This document shows positions 46,601-59,740 of a DNA stretch of 64,000 bases, piece by piece (positions within the stretch are counted from its first letter, which is position 1; each line of letters starts with the position of its first letter). A model generated the notes under the pieces. The model was given only the letters and a program-made list of their open reading frames with translations, did no database searches and was not told the origin of the DNA. This DNA comes from Amoebidium appalachense (Eukaryota > Protista > Ichthyosporea). The position numbers and the translations under genes were made by a program. The DNA lies in assembly GCA_963693365.1 (NCBI GenBank), contig CAVNZM010000005.1:12919728-12983727 (forward strand), in the 5' to 3' direction.

Positions 46601-47067
46601 AGGGGGACGAAGTTGGGGGGGGGGGGGGGGTGGCACTTCTCAGCACTCTTCCACCCCGCTCCTTCCAACCCCGCCCCCGCCTCCCTGCCCCCTCTCTCCC
46701 CACCATCTCGAATTAACGCACGTGAATACGTGCACGGTCCCGTAGTGTTTCCTAAATTGGTGTTGTTCAAAGGGCACGTAAAACCCCCCCAATATTCGTC
46801 CACACTCACTGTTCTCTTTCCTCAGGTGACCTGTGCCTCGGCATCCCGGGCAAGTCTGTCTACATGACGCTGGTCAAGTGTGCAGGAAACAACGGGGTGT
46901 GGGGGTTCAATCAGACAAATGGAATGCAAATTTTCAACAGCGCAACGGGCCTGTGTCTGGACGTGCAGCACCAGCACAGCGGCGCCCCCCTGGTGTATTA
47001 TGAATGCAAGGGCCCCGGAAAATCGTATAAACCCCCCAACCAGTGGTGGCTGTGGCAGGGGCCATAG
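44547..47067 (+). CDS. Type II membrane protein with a Thr/Pro-rich stalk and a C-terminal ricin-B (beta-trefoil) lectin domain; exons 44547-45041, 45964-46330, 46826-47067
   Basis: RRRRR followed by TM ILIGVGVVVGLAVVSAIAGGIAAA, a mucin-like stalk, then three trefoil-like repeats (GECIGI..C..W; DLCLGI..C..W; NSATGLCLDV..LVYYEC..NQWW). GT-AG junctions keep frame. Confidence 0.85.
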
Positions 47068-47715
47068 ATGTTGGCCCCCCCCACATTTTCTAATGTAATT
47101 TTTCACATTAAGACTTTGTTGAGATAAAAATTATCTCAACAGAGATAATTTATTGTTTTGTTGTAACCAAAATCGATATAAATAGTCAACACTGTACAGC
47201 GTGAAAGACAACTCGCATGTTTGTGCGAATGAGTGAAGTGATTGGGGTGGCCAGGTAGGCTGCTGGTAAAATAGGGTGAGTCGCCTTTTGTAGACCAGCA
47301 CGTGACTTAGTGTTTCCTGCCATTGTAGATATCATCATTTATGCGAACACGGCTGCATAGGTGCCTTGCCATTGCTAGACACTACCTGAAGCATCTGCTA
47401 ACTGCATGTTTGAACGCAAACGAATAAAAACGAACACAAACCTTACTAATGATTTCATATGATTGTCCTGCCTGACTTGAGTTTATGACCTGTCTAGACA
47501 TCGACCTCCCCCCTCCCTCTCCTCCTCCCCCTCCTCCTCCCCTCCTTCTCTCCTAACCCTCTCCCCCCCCCCCCCCCCCCCCCCCCCCCCACCCCCCTCC
47601 CTCCTCCCTGCCCAAATACACACACGTGCACAGAAAAACCGACACCCACACACAAAAGGATTTGCCTGTATATTATCATGAACACTCGCCCACTGCACAT
47701 TGTTAACCTCCCTCC

Positions 47716-47746
<31 letters not shown>

Positions 47747-47976
47747 TTTGTTCTTGCCCCCACGCATACTTCAGGGCCCTTCCCCGCAGCCCCTATAAAC
47801 GTACATGAGCAGTCTCCTTTGTTCGCTATCCTTAGACGAATGACGAGAAAACTTTGAGCTCTGCTTGTGTGGGTGCACATACTGATGTTAGTAGGACCCC
47901 CCCCCCCCCCCCCCCCGCCCCTCTCCCCTCCCCCCCCCCTTCCCTCTCTCTCTCTCTCTCTCTCTCCCCCCCCCCC

Positions 47977-48019
<43 letters not shown>

Positions 48020-48391
48020 CCTCCCCCACCACCACCACCACCACCACTGGTACCTCAAGGCAAGATTACAATCAAGACACCACCCACCCACCCATGGGCT
48101 GGGCCAAAGAAAAGAAAACACATCACACACACGCTGTGCGCGCATGCACACGCACACATGTCCACACACACATACATGTGTACACGCGAACACACACACA
48201 CACACACACGGGTCCACACACGCGCGCGCGTACGGACACGTGCCGTATACTATATCACACAGACTTGTACGGTATATGCCGATGCCATCACATTAAGAAT
48301 CCCCCACCATGAGAACAAACTACTAAGCACTTGGGCCCTACTATGGTACCACATTGATCCGTTTGGGGTGTTGTTACTGGTGGACATGCCG

Positions 48392-48426
<35 letters not shown>

Positions 48427-48924
48427 TCCCCCAATGGCCGGCTGAACGTCCCCCCTCGCTTCCCCTGAGAGACTTCAAACCATTTGCCCCCCCACTCATA
48501 CCCGTGCGGCCTGATGGCAATAACTTTAGAACATCTGCATGACAGCGCTACGGGTTGTCCAAAAAATGAAAATATGCGCCGCCACCACATCAATTCACTT
48601 GGAACAGCCTGTTGTCATTCAACGTCAACGTCAACCCGACTTCAGCTGATGTAGTCCCTCCTCTATCTTTAACGGTTAAATCATACTAGTCTTTTCCAAT
48701 GCACTGTAGCTAATCATTGGTTTCTTGGTTGAAGCCCCCCACATCAGTCGCTATCGATTGCACATCTGCAACCGTTAGTAATCAACCTTGGCAGCAACGA
48801 GGTTATTTTTTATTATTATTTTCAGTTGAACGAGATGCATATGCTGGTTGGCAAATGGTGTTGGGGTGGCCACGAGTATTTGGTGCGCTTGCATTATAGC
48901 AAGGCGCATGGGGGGGAGGGGGGG

Positions 48925-48955
<31 letters not shown>

Positions 48956-49022
48956 AGGGGGGGAGAGTGCCACGCTCGGAGAGAGAGAGAGAGAGAGTGA
49001 GGGGGGGGGGGGGGGGGGTGCC

Positions 49023-49981
49023 CTGACACTCGATCACCACATGCACATCTGCATAGTTGAGGAATGTTGCCAATTGTGTTTTGACTGCAAACGATTGGTT
49101 CACTGGTCCCAGAGATCTCTAAATGAAAGTAACCAATCCGATTAGCGCCTGGCATCCGGATTACATTCCAGACTGCTGCCCCACGGGTATATAAGCCACG
49201 TCTCTGCCAAGTTCAGTCATGGAGTAAAGTCATGGAGTTCAGTCATGGAGTAAAGACGTGGAGTTCAGTCATGGAGTTAACACACTGAAAGCAGTAAAAA
49301 AAAAAAAAAAAAAACGGGTCAGCGCCCAAGCGCGCCACGACGACCCTGGTCACAGCGGACTCTGCCTCTAACTTCACGTCCCCTACGACGCCTTGAACGG
49401 AGGAGCCAGAAACCGACTTCTAGGCTGTACCCTACACCCGCGAGCGTATTTCCGTGAAGTAGAGACTTTCGCTTCCACAAACTCCATCCGCAGCAGCCTG
49501 CGACATCAACGTCAAGTATTCCACTTCATTGGCGGGGCACGCACCACAGTGGAATGCACACCCCGGTCTACCCTGCAAGCAGCCACACTCACTCTCTCTT
49601 CTCTAGTGGTGTGTACACTTCTCCAATTGGGTAGGGGTGTTGGAGTGCAGACTTACGCTCACTCCACAATATGTGTATGTTAGCTTTACAATTGGTTCCG
49701 TGTACACAGACACACGCTGACACTCGATCACCACATGCACATCTGCATAGTTGAGGAATGTTGCCAATTGTGTTTTGACTGCAAACGATTGGTTCACTGG
49801 TCCCAGAGATCTCTAAATGAAAGTAACCAATCCGATTAGCGCCTGGCATCCGGATTACATTCCAGACTGCTGCCCCACGGGTATATAGGCCACGTCTCTG
49901 CCAGGTGCAGACATGGAGTTCAGACATGGAGTTCAGACATGGAGTTCAGTCATGGAGTTCAGTCATGGAGTTAACACACTG

Positions 49982-50016
<35 letters not shown>

Positions 50017-51797
50017 GGGTCAGCGCCCAAGCGCGCCACGACGAGGGCCTAGTCACAGCGGACTCTACTTCCAACAGGGTTATGGGCCCAGACACGACAC
50101 CGCGGCCTCTAACTTCACGTCCCCTACGACGCCTTGAACGGAGGAGCCAGAAACCGACTTCTAGGCTGTACCCTACACCCGCGAGCGTATTTCCGTGAAG
50201 TAGAGACTTTCGCTTCCACAAACTCCATCCGCAGCAGCCTGCGACATCAACGTCAAGTATTCCACTTCATTGGCGGGGCACGCACCACAGTGGAATGCAC
50301 ACCCCGGTCTACCCTGCAAGCAGCCACACTCACTCTCTCTTCCCTAGTGGTGTGTACACTTCTCCAATTGGGTAGGGGTGTTGGAGTGCAGACTTACGCT
50401 CACTCCACAATGTGTGTATGTTAGCTCTACAATTGGTTCCGTGTACACAGACACACGCTGACACTCGATCATTACAATTGGTTCCGTGTACACAGACACA
50501 CGCTGACACTCGATCACCACATGCACATCTGCATAGTTGAGGAATGTTGCCAATTGTGTTTTGACTGCAAACGATTGGTTCACTGGTCCCAGAGATCTCT
50601 AAATGAAAGTAACCAATCCGATTAGCGCCTGGCATCCGGATTACATTCCAGACTGCTGCCCCACGGGTATATAGGCCACGTCTCTGCCAGGTGCAGACAT
50701 GGAGTAAAGACATGGAGTTCAGTCATGGAGTAAAGACATGGAGTTCAGTCATGGAGTTAACACACTGAAAGCAGTAAAAAAACGGGTCAGCGCCCAAGCG
50801 CGCCACGACGAGGGCCTAGTCACAGCGGACTCTACTTCCAACAGGGTTATGGGCCCAGACACGACACCGCGGCCTCTAACTTCACGTCCCCTACGACGCC
50901 TTGAACGGAGGAGCCCAGAAACCGACTTCTAGGCTGTACCCTACACCCGCGAGCGTATTTCCGTGAAGTAGAGACTTTCGCTTCCACAAACTCCATCCGC
51001 AGCAGCCTGCGACATCAACGTCAAGTATTCCACTTCATTGGCGGGGCACGCACCACAGTGGAATGCACACCCCGGTCTACCCTGCAAGCAGCCACACTCA
51101 CTCTCTCTTCTCTAGTGGTGTGTACACTTCTCCAATTGGGTAGGGGTGTTGGAGTGCAGACTTACGCTCACTCCACAATATGTGTATGTTAGCTTTACAA
51201 TTGGTTCCGTGTACACAGACACACGCTGACACTCGATCACCACATGCACATCTGCATAGTTGAGGAATGTTGCCAATTGTGTTTTGACTGCAAACGATTG
51301 GTTCACTGGTCCCAGAGATCTCTAAATGAAAGTAACCAATCCGATTAGCGCCTGGCATCCGGATTACATTCCAGACTGGGCCCATAACCCTGTTGGAAGT
51401 AGAGTCCGCTGTGACTAGGGTCGTCGTGGCGCGCTTGGGCGCTGACCCGTTTTTTTTTACTGCTTTCAGTGTGTTAACTCCATGACTGAACTCCATGACT
51501 GAACTCCATGTCTTAACTCCATGTCTGCACCTGGCAGAGACGTGGCTTATATACCCGTGGGGCAGCAGTCTGGAATGTAATCCGGATGCCAGGCGCTAAT
51601 CGGATTGGTTACTTTCATTTAGAGATCTCTGGGACCAGTGAACCAATCGTTTGCAGTCAAAACACAATTGGCAACATTCCTCAACTATGCAGATGTGCAT
51701 GTGGTGATCGAGTGTCAGCGTGTGTCTGTGTACACGGAACCAATTGTAAAGCTAACATACACATATTGTGGAGTGAGCGTAAGTCTGCACTCCAACA
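49023..51797 (+). mobile_element. Tandem array of a miniature non-autonomous copia-type LTR element (TRIM-like) ending in an inverted LTR
   Basis: LTRs TGTTGGA...TCCAACA at 49638-50076 and 50379-50843, truncated LTRs at 49023-~49362 and 51147-51378, and an inverted LTR at 51391-51797. PBS GGTTATGGGCCCAG follows LTR ends, PPT GGGTAGGGG precedes LTR starts, and the ~300-bp interior has no recognisable gag/pol. The LTR contains CCAAT boxes and TATATA. Confidence 0.88.
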
Positions 51798-52305
51798 GTG
51801 CGGTTGGTGGTGGTACATACCGGTGGTCGTGTGAATGGGTGGGTGGAGGGGGGGATGAAGCCCGAAGACAAGCAACTAAGTGAGATAGGTACATGCCGGT
51901 TGCAGTACATGCACTGTCTAGCTGTGTTTGCTTACGTGCCACCGGGTACGTTTGTGTACGTGTGTGTGTGGGGGGGGAGGGGGGGAGGAGGGAGGGGTGA
52001 AGGGGGAGGAGGTTTGGGGGAGGAGAGGGGGAGGGGAGGAGGGCCCCGGCGGCAGCGCGGGGAGGGGGGGGGGGGAGGAGAGAGAGAGGGAGAAGGGCAG
52101 GGGAGAGAATCCCGGGGGAGTGCTATGTGTGTAAGCATAGTCAGTTACAAACCAACGGCATTGCAGCCACACCAAGGCCAGCCACTGGTATCAAACACAC
52201 AACCCCTTCGGTGATTGAATCCAATGACGGCCAGGCTGCAAGCTATTATTACTATGACATCCTCAGAAGCAAATGCAAACCTCCCGTCCCTTCCCCCCTC
52301 TAGAG

Positions 52306-52336
<31 letters not shown>

Positions 52337-52523
52337 ACAACCACCACCATCATCCCATCCGTATTTCAGCCACCGTGTGTGTGCTGTTTTAACAGGTATA
52401 CTCGACATGACATTAATGTGGAGCATTCCTGTTCAGCTGTATGCTAGTCTTAAGCGCAAATGTGGAGCACGTCACCAGTTGAGTGAGGGAAGCCGGGCGC
52501 ATTGCCCTGTAACACACAACAAG

Positions 52524-52554
<31 letters not shown>

Positions 52555-53386
52555 AAAACTGAGAGCTCATAACAGGCGATTCTTCATAGCAGCCCACGCA
52601 CACATGCCTCGGGAACAGAGTCCCATGGCACGCGGCCACCCCTCCGTTCCCGCTGTTTGGTCTTGAGGACAGGGGGATTATTCCGTTTCCTTGAAACATA
52701 AAGCTATAAGAAGGGACAGAAGGAGGCGCCGCTTCTGAGGTGCGGTTGGTGCGCCCAACTGCCTAAGAGATCAGGTCGAAGCTCCTTTCTGAAATTGTGT
52801 GATTGCCAAAGAAACGCGAAACTGGCGCGCTGAGCCTGAGGGCATGTACGTTTCCCCAAATTCAAGCTCCCAAAAAACTAGCCACAAAATTATCCTAGAG
52901 CACACACACGTGCTTCCGGTAAGAAATCACCGTTTGCCCAACATAGCCATGGCGCAGCTCCGTTGACCGTGCGGGCTAGACGTCAACTTTGCCTGCTGTT
53001 TTGTGAGCGAGAGTTGTTTACATAAACGCAATCATGTGGAATGTTTCGGTGTGTGCCAATATTTAGATGTGTTTTCTCTTCGGTTACAAATTTAGATGTT
53101 CATGTTGCCACCATCTGCATGGCCAGTTTCATGAACAGCCTCGCGATCGCTCCGAGAGCGAGTCTAGGCTGCCTGTGTCATTAGTAGCCCTCAGTGATTG
53201 GTTGATTCATTAAGTTCGCGCGCTTTCTGGTTCCTCCCATTGGTTGACCTAATGAGCAGCAAAGATCATGTTCCCACGTGCCTGACACACAGCCGCCCCG
53301 TTTGTGTTTTCCCACTCCAAAAAGTCCTGTTTTTTCTGACTCATCCGCACCCATCCACGGTTTATCCGCACGCATCCGCCACCAAA

Positions 53387-55136
53387 ATGCCTCCCCTTGC
53401 CGAGTAGGTGTCCTGAGAGTGTGTGTGGAGTCACTCGTTGAGAATTTTCAGTCTTTAGATGGATCAAAACACCCTGGACAGGGACCGAACATTCACACTG
53501 ACCCCGGCCGATTCGCGTAGAGGATGTCAGTGCTCTCGTTGATGTTTGGTGGTTTTGAGGTAGCTGGCGGCAGTTCCCAGGGCTAGGAAGTTGTTGGCAG
53601 GGTGACTGGTGGCAGACACCCGTCCTTGTTTGGGATCTCCCATGCAGAGTTATTGCATGTAGAAGACGTTTCAAAATTTAATTGCTTGTATCCAGGAGTC
53701 GAAGCTCGCGCGAAGGCGAAAGAAGTTAAGGGCACAGAGCTTCGGAGCAGGAGCCCGAAACAACCGTTCGAGAGGGAATAAAGGACCTGGGGGGCAGGGG
53801 CGGGCGGGAGGGGGGGGGAAGAGGGGCTAATGCACGTGTGTGGTATGTGCCGGTATGAATATGTTCTCGTGTGTTTCCTCAGTATGTACGTGTTCTGGTG
53901 TGTTGCCTCGTTGAAAGTTAGGGGGTTAGGGCACAAAGTAATGTAGGCACGGAGAGTTTCCCGTGTGTGTGGGTGACAGGTGAAGAGAAGCATTTGAAGG
54001 GGGTTTCTGTTTGCTTATGTTGTGGGAGCAGTGCCGCGGCCACTGAGCCTACCAAGGATGTGGAGGTGCAGTCTGGCAGCGAGGACTCCGACGATGACCT
54101 GCCCCCCCTCGAGAATGCCGAGGGAGGTGTGCCCGCAGGTGCCGAGGGGGAGAAGCATGCCAGCCGCCTGGAGAAGAAGGTGGGTTGGGGTTGCGTTGGT
54201 GGTTGCGTGTGTTTGGAGGGGGGGGGGGGGGGGTATATGGTCAAGTCTACCTGGTTTTCATTTTTTGCCTTTGATTTTTGTATGTGCGTTTTTTTTTTAA
54301 GGGGGGGGGGGGTGAGAGGGAGGGAGGGGAGGGGAGGAGGGGAGGAAGGGGTTCTAAGTAGAAGTTTAAAGAGGGCATGGAGGGGTCTGGCTGCTCGAGG
54401 GTGGTGTTTTCGGATTCAGTGATCCCTTTTATAGGTAAAGGTCATGAGGGGAGGGTGGGGTTTTGGGGGTGGGAGGCTGGGAAGTCGCAATGGGTGTATT
54501 TCAAAATAGGTGTACTAGGTCCCGTGGGATCCCCCCTCCCCCCTCTCTCAACCCAGCCCCCGGCCCTCTCTATTCAACACCTGCATGTGTCAGGCTATCG
54601 TTTTTTATTGCGTCCTCGTGTCTTTTTATCCTGGTGTTACCCCCCCCCCCCCCCCCCCCCCCCCCCCTTGGGCATGGGCTCTGTGTATTATGCACACTCC
54701 CGTGTTTTTTGCAAAAATCGAGCCATAGGTCGTGAATGTGTGCTTTGTACATGCCCTTCATACTCCATCACACACACAAGCCCCCCTCCCCCCCCCCACA
54801 CACTAGCACACACTAGGGATCTAGCTTTGCTGATGATGCATTTGCTTTCTGCGCTGTGCACCTTGCAGGGTGTAGTCCGTCATGCCCCCCCCCCCCCCCC
54901 CCCCCCCGTGCCCCTTTTACATATCTGCATTTAGTCGTCCCATTGCTGAACCTATGCCTCCTGTGTTGTAACACACCTTATTCCACCCTCTCAGGCCCGC
55001 AAGGCACTCCTGAAGATGGGTCTGACCCCCCAGCCCGGCTTCAGCCGTGTGACCATGCGCAAGGCCCCCAACGTACGTGCTGCTCCACCCCCCCCCCTCT
55101 CCTCCCTCATTTTTCAACCACCACAGAAGAAGAGGT

Positions 55137-55167
<31 letters not shown>

Positions 55168-55740
55168 GAAAGGAGGGGGGAGTGTGTGTGTGGTGTGTGT
55201 GTAGGGGAAGTGTTTTACAGTGTGGTGGTGCCTTCTTTCCTCCTTCCTGTCTCCCTCCAGCCATTCCTGTGTGATGTCTTGCATCTTCTAGTTTTTACTG
55301 GGTGTGGGATGGATGGGTTTGGTGACTGTCATGGTTGACTCTCAGGCGTAGTGTGTGTGTATGTTGATGTGTTTGTGGGTTGACGTGCACGGGGCCTGTG
55401 TGCACGTATGTGTTTGAGTAAGGGAGAGGGGGGGGAAGAGGGGCCGAGGGTGAGAGGAAGAGAGAGAGAGTGTGTGTGTGTGATGGGTGGGTGTGGTGAG
55501 GGTGGGTGTGAGTAGAGGGGTGTGGGGAGGCCATGTTTTGTTGAGGTTAGCCCTGAGGATTTTCCACTGACTGGGTGGTGCAGATTCTGTTTGTGATCCC
55601 CACCCCGGAGGTGTACCGGGCCACGGGCACGGACACGTGGGTGGTGTTTGGCGACTACAAGATTGAAGACATGCAGGCACAGGCACAGGCCCAGTATGCA
55701 CAGCAGATGCGCCGCATGCAGGTAGGTCCACACGTACATG

Positions 55741-55774
<34 letters not shown>

Positions 55775-56857
55775 CACACACACAGGCAAGCACACATACA
55801 TACACACACACACACATAAGCAAACACATATACATACACACACACACTTATACATGCACGTGCACACAGTCACAAGCACACATGAGCACATAGGATCACA
55901 CACATGAAAGCTTTTACACACAAACATCCGCTCTCCCACACGCACACACTCACAACACTAGAATACACACACACACACACACACACACAGACACAAAATG
56001 AACACAACCAAAGCATGGATGCACATCTACACATGCACGCAGAACCTCACACTCCCATGCTCCCAAATGCACACACTCGAACATGGCCCCTGCCACACCG
56101 CAACCTCGCACTGTTTAGCCGGCTATGCTCTTTGTTGTCTGGTTACATAACTATATCTTGCTCGCCTTCATCGGGGTGACCCACCCACATTTTCACTTCA
56201 TCGGGGTGACCCACCCACATTTTCAGCATGGGCAGGGCATACTCCACATGCTTTGTGTTTTTTTTTTCTTCTTGGCTTCTGATGTAGATCGCTAAGCATT
56301 TACATTCCGTTCTGTGCAACACATTCTGACCCCCCCTTGGGCACTGTGGATGACATGCCCTCCCTATTGAGGATGGGCTCTGCCTATTATGCTTACTGTC
56401 TATGTGTGGTTTGCTTTCTGCATTGTGTTGTCCTTTGTGAACGTGTACTCAGTAGACTATCACACTACCCCCCCCCCCCCCCCTTCTTTTGCGAGTGTGT
56501 GCAGTAACAACTAATCAGCCTTTCTCCCCTCCCCCGAGGGATGGGCTCTATTACTGCACACACCTTGCTGCTCCTCACTTTCGTTTACCCTTGTTTCTTT
56601 GCATTCTACTGCTTGCAACCCACCATGACCCCATGCATCCAACAGGATATGGCCAGTGCAGCAGCAGCTGAGGGCACGAAGGAGGTTGAGGCACCCAGCA
56701 ACGAGGCAGCAGGGGAGGAGGAGGGTGCCGACGAGAGTGGGCTGGATGCAAAGGACATTGAGCTGGTCATGGGCCAAGCCAGTGTCAGCAGGCAAAAGGC
56801 TGTGGCGGCACTGAGGAAGAGCAACGGCGATGTCGTCAACGCTATCATGGTATGTGT

Positions 56858-56888
<31 letters not shown>

Positions 56889-57395
56889 GAGATGGGCGGG
56901 GAGGGCTAAGGTTGGCAAGGTTGACTGTGCCAACCGACGGTGCATTGGGTGCTGTGCGGGAAGACATCGAGGAGGGAGGGGAGGGCATGGGTTGGACACC
57001 CTCGGGGGGGGGGGGGGGGGGGGGGGGGGAGGGCTTTATGCATATGCGTTGCGTTTGTGCATGTGTTCGTTCTGGATGTGACTTCATAGGGTTTGTTTTT
57101 CATGTGGTTGTTTGTGTGGGTGTGGGTATGGGCTTGATCAATGTGTGACTGTGTTGTTTTTTTCTCTCCCCCGGTAAGGAGAGGCGGGGAGGGGGGAGGA
57201 GGCGCGGGCTTGTGCCTGTGATTAGAGGGATTGGGGGGAGTCAACTGTTTGTCTGGTGTATCCCTCGAAGATTGTGGTTTGTTGAGCGCTTGCAGAGGTA
57301 TTTTTCTTTCTTATCTTTTCTTCCTTTCTTTTTTTTTTTTTTTTGGGGGGGGGGGGGGGGGGTCCTTCTTTTATTTTCTTTTCTTTCTTTCTTTT

Positions 57396-57426
<31 letters not shown>

Positions 57427-57685
57427 GGGGGAAAGAAGTTTGGACAGACAGAAAGGGAGGGGATTTGCGGGTGAGTTCTTTTATGACCCTCTTGATCTTG
57501 TGTATGGTTTGCGCACTTGGTGTGATGGTGAAAGAATGTGTCGTGTTAGGGAAGTGCACAGGGGCGGAGGAAACACACACACACACGGAGATTAATTGGA
57601 TACTTTTGTGTGTCCCTGTCCGACTTTACGACCGTTATACCTCCAACACTGACCCTTTTTGGTCCCCCAGGAGCTGACCATGTAA
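53387..57685 (+). CDS. NACA: Nascent polypeptide-associated complex alpha subunit; exons 53387-53403, 54032-54179, 54995-55072, 55584-55721, 56646-56849, 57671-57685
   Basis: [12 protein letters not shown]...[54 protein letters not shown] (NAC domain) and [44 protein letters not shown]-stop (UBA-like domain). All junctions are GT-AG and in frame. Confidence 0.95.
56367..56468 (+). repeat. Copy of the ~110-bp GAGGATGGGCTCTGC dispersed repeat in a NACA intron; further degenerate copies at ~54667-54775 and ~56535-56620
   Basis: TGAGGATGGGCTCTGCCTATTATGCTTACT...TCTGCATTGTGTTGTCC matches 3708-3812 and ends in a C run. Confidence 0.75.
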
Positions 57686-58339
57686 AGTCGCCCAGCCAGC
57701 AACCACGCTGGCCCATGTATATTGCCCCCCCACGAAGGTGTGTATAGAGACATAGCATAGACCGAGTTATCCCGTGCTGCTGTGCAGCCATTCCCCCCGT
57801 ACGCAGTTAGTAAATAGCCCTTGGGTGTGTGGCCCTCACACACCCGGGCAAAATCATTGCCTGTTCTCCCTGTCATGTGACTGCATACGACAGTCCTACC
57901 TCTCATACACATGCACACTTGGATGTCCACGTGCACACACACCTACCCATAGTGTTGTGCACTGGTGCAAACAGACATGAACATTCAAGCAGGGTTTGAG
58001 GCCAACACCTGGCTGCTATGATGAAACCACTCACACACACACACACCAACACACCCACACAGGCACACAGGTATGCAAGCACAACCACCCACACAGTCGC
58101 GTACACTTGCACACAAACACACCCTCCCTGGAGTGCAGCTACATACACGAACATGCACACAAACGTTTAGGCTTGCACATACACACACACAACTTTGGCA
58201 GGCACACCCACCCACCCGTTTAACCAAGCCAGCCTGCAGCTAAGTGTGCCTGTACATATGCAATCCGACACCCAGATAGTAGCTATTCCAATGAACAAGG
58301 GCGCTGTGGCCTGAAGGTCTAGCAATTCTTGCTACATCA

Positions 58340-59525
58340 TCCCCCCCTCCCCCCCGTACCACAAGCTTCTGTGCTTCTACTGCGTCGCTTCCAAAAACGC
58401 TTCGTAGTCACCACAATGGATAAAGCTAGCAACACGTTCGTGATCGTCTGCAAAAAACACTACGTTAGCAGCATTACAGCCGAACTGCATGACCTGCCGC
58501 AACATACACCGTCTGCAACACTCTGCACCAAAAGACATCTTTGCACAACACCTTGCATTTCTCAAAACACATGACATAACACCAGGACGCCGCACTGCAC
58601 GCCTGTCCACATTTCAAGCCATAGTTAAAAAGCACAAAACACCACCCACCTTCCGTTTCATTGCCAACTCCTCTGCCACATCACTTGAACCTCTCTCCCG
58701 TCTTCTCACTGGCGTGTTTAAGTTCGTCTCCCCTGATGTTGAACGTATGTGGTGTGATGTTGTCAAACCCCACCGCACTCACACACACAATCAACGCCCT
58801 TAACCGTACCACACGCCAACACGAAAATACGCCCGTGTCTGTGTTTGATTTTTCCACACTCTACACCAAGATTGACTTGCACGATTTGAAAGCTCGCCTC
58901 ACTACACTGATTGACGCAATATTTGTCAAAAAATGCACGGACGCTCGCAAACCACACATGTTTATTAAGAAGACCGGCTCCACGTTGTCCTGGGTGGATC
59001 GTGTAGATGATGATTCCCAGGATGATTTCTTTGAGCCTACAGAACACTCTCTGCATCTCTCTAAGGCACAGCTTGTGGATTTTCTTATAAATGTGTTTGG
59101 CGATACCCTCTACAAACAGGACATTGGTATCCCCATGGGTACAAACTGTGCTGTTTTCTTGGCTAATTTCTATCTCTTTACTTATGAGTTGGATTTTGTT
59201 CGCAAGCTTATTGCACACGACGGCATTGATGTTTTGGTAGATTCTCAGTTTACTCGCCGCTGCACAGATGATTTGATCTCCCTTCATAATCCTCACATTC
59301 TCTCCCACCTCTATTTAGAAGATTGTGATTTCGGTCTATACCCCAAGACCAGCCTTCAACTCAACCCTGCCGTTTCCTCCCCCTCTGTCCCCTACCTCGA
59401 CTTGCATATAACCTGCACTAATCACGGCATTCACACAACCATCTACAACAAGCTCGACACACCCACATTCAATACACTAGACATCGTTCGTTTCCCACAC
59501 CACTCTATCCCGATCCCTCCCTCCC

Positions 59526-59559
<34 letters not shown>

Positions 59560-59709
59560 TACCAGCCCCTCCACCCTCTCCCCGCCCCCCCCTCCCCCCC
59601 CCCTCCCTCCCTCTCTCTCTCTCCCTCTCCCTCTCTCCCTCCCTCCCCCTCTCTCTCTCTTTCGCTCGCTCGCTCTCTCTCTCTCTATATATCTTTTTTT
59701 TTTTTTTTT

Positions 59710-59740
<31 letters not shown>

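Noticed and set aside
49393-51883. Repeated small ORFs (MPGANRIGYF..., MNGGARNRLL...) as a gene family
   Set aside because: They arise from the repeated non-coding TRIM units and show no gag, protease or other motifs.
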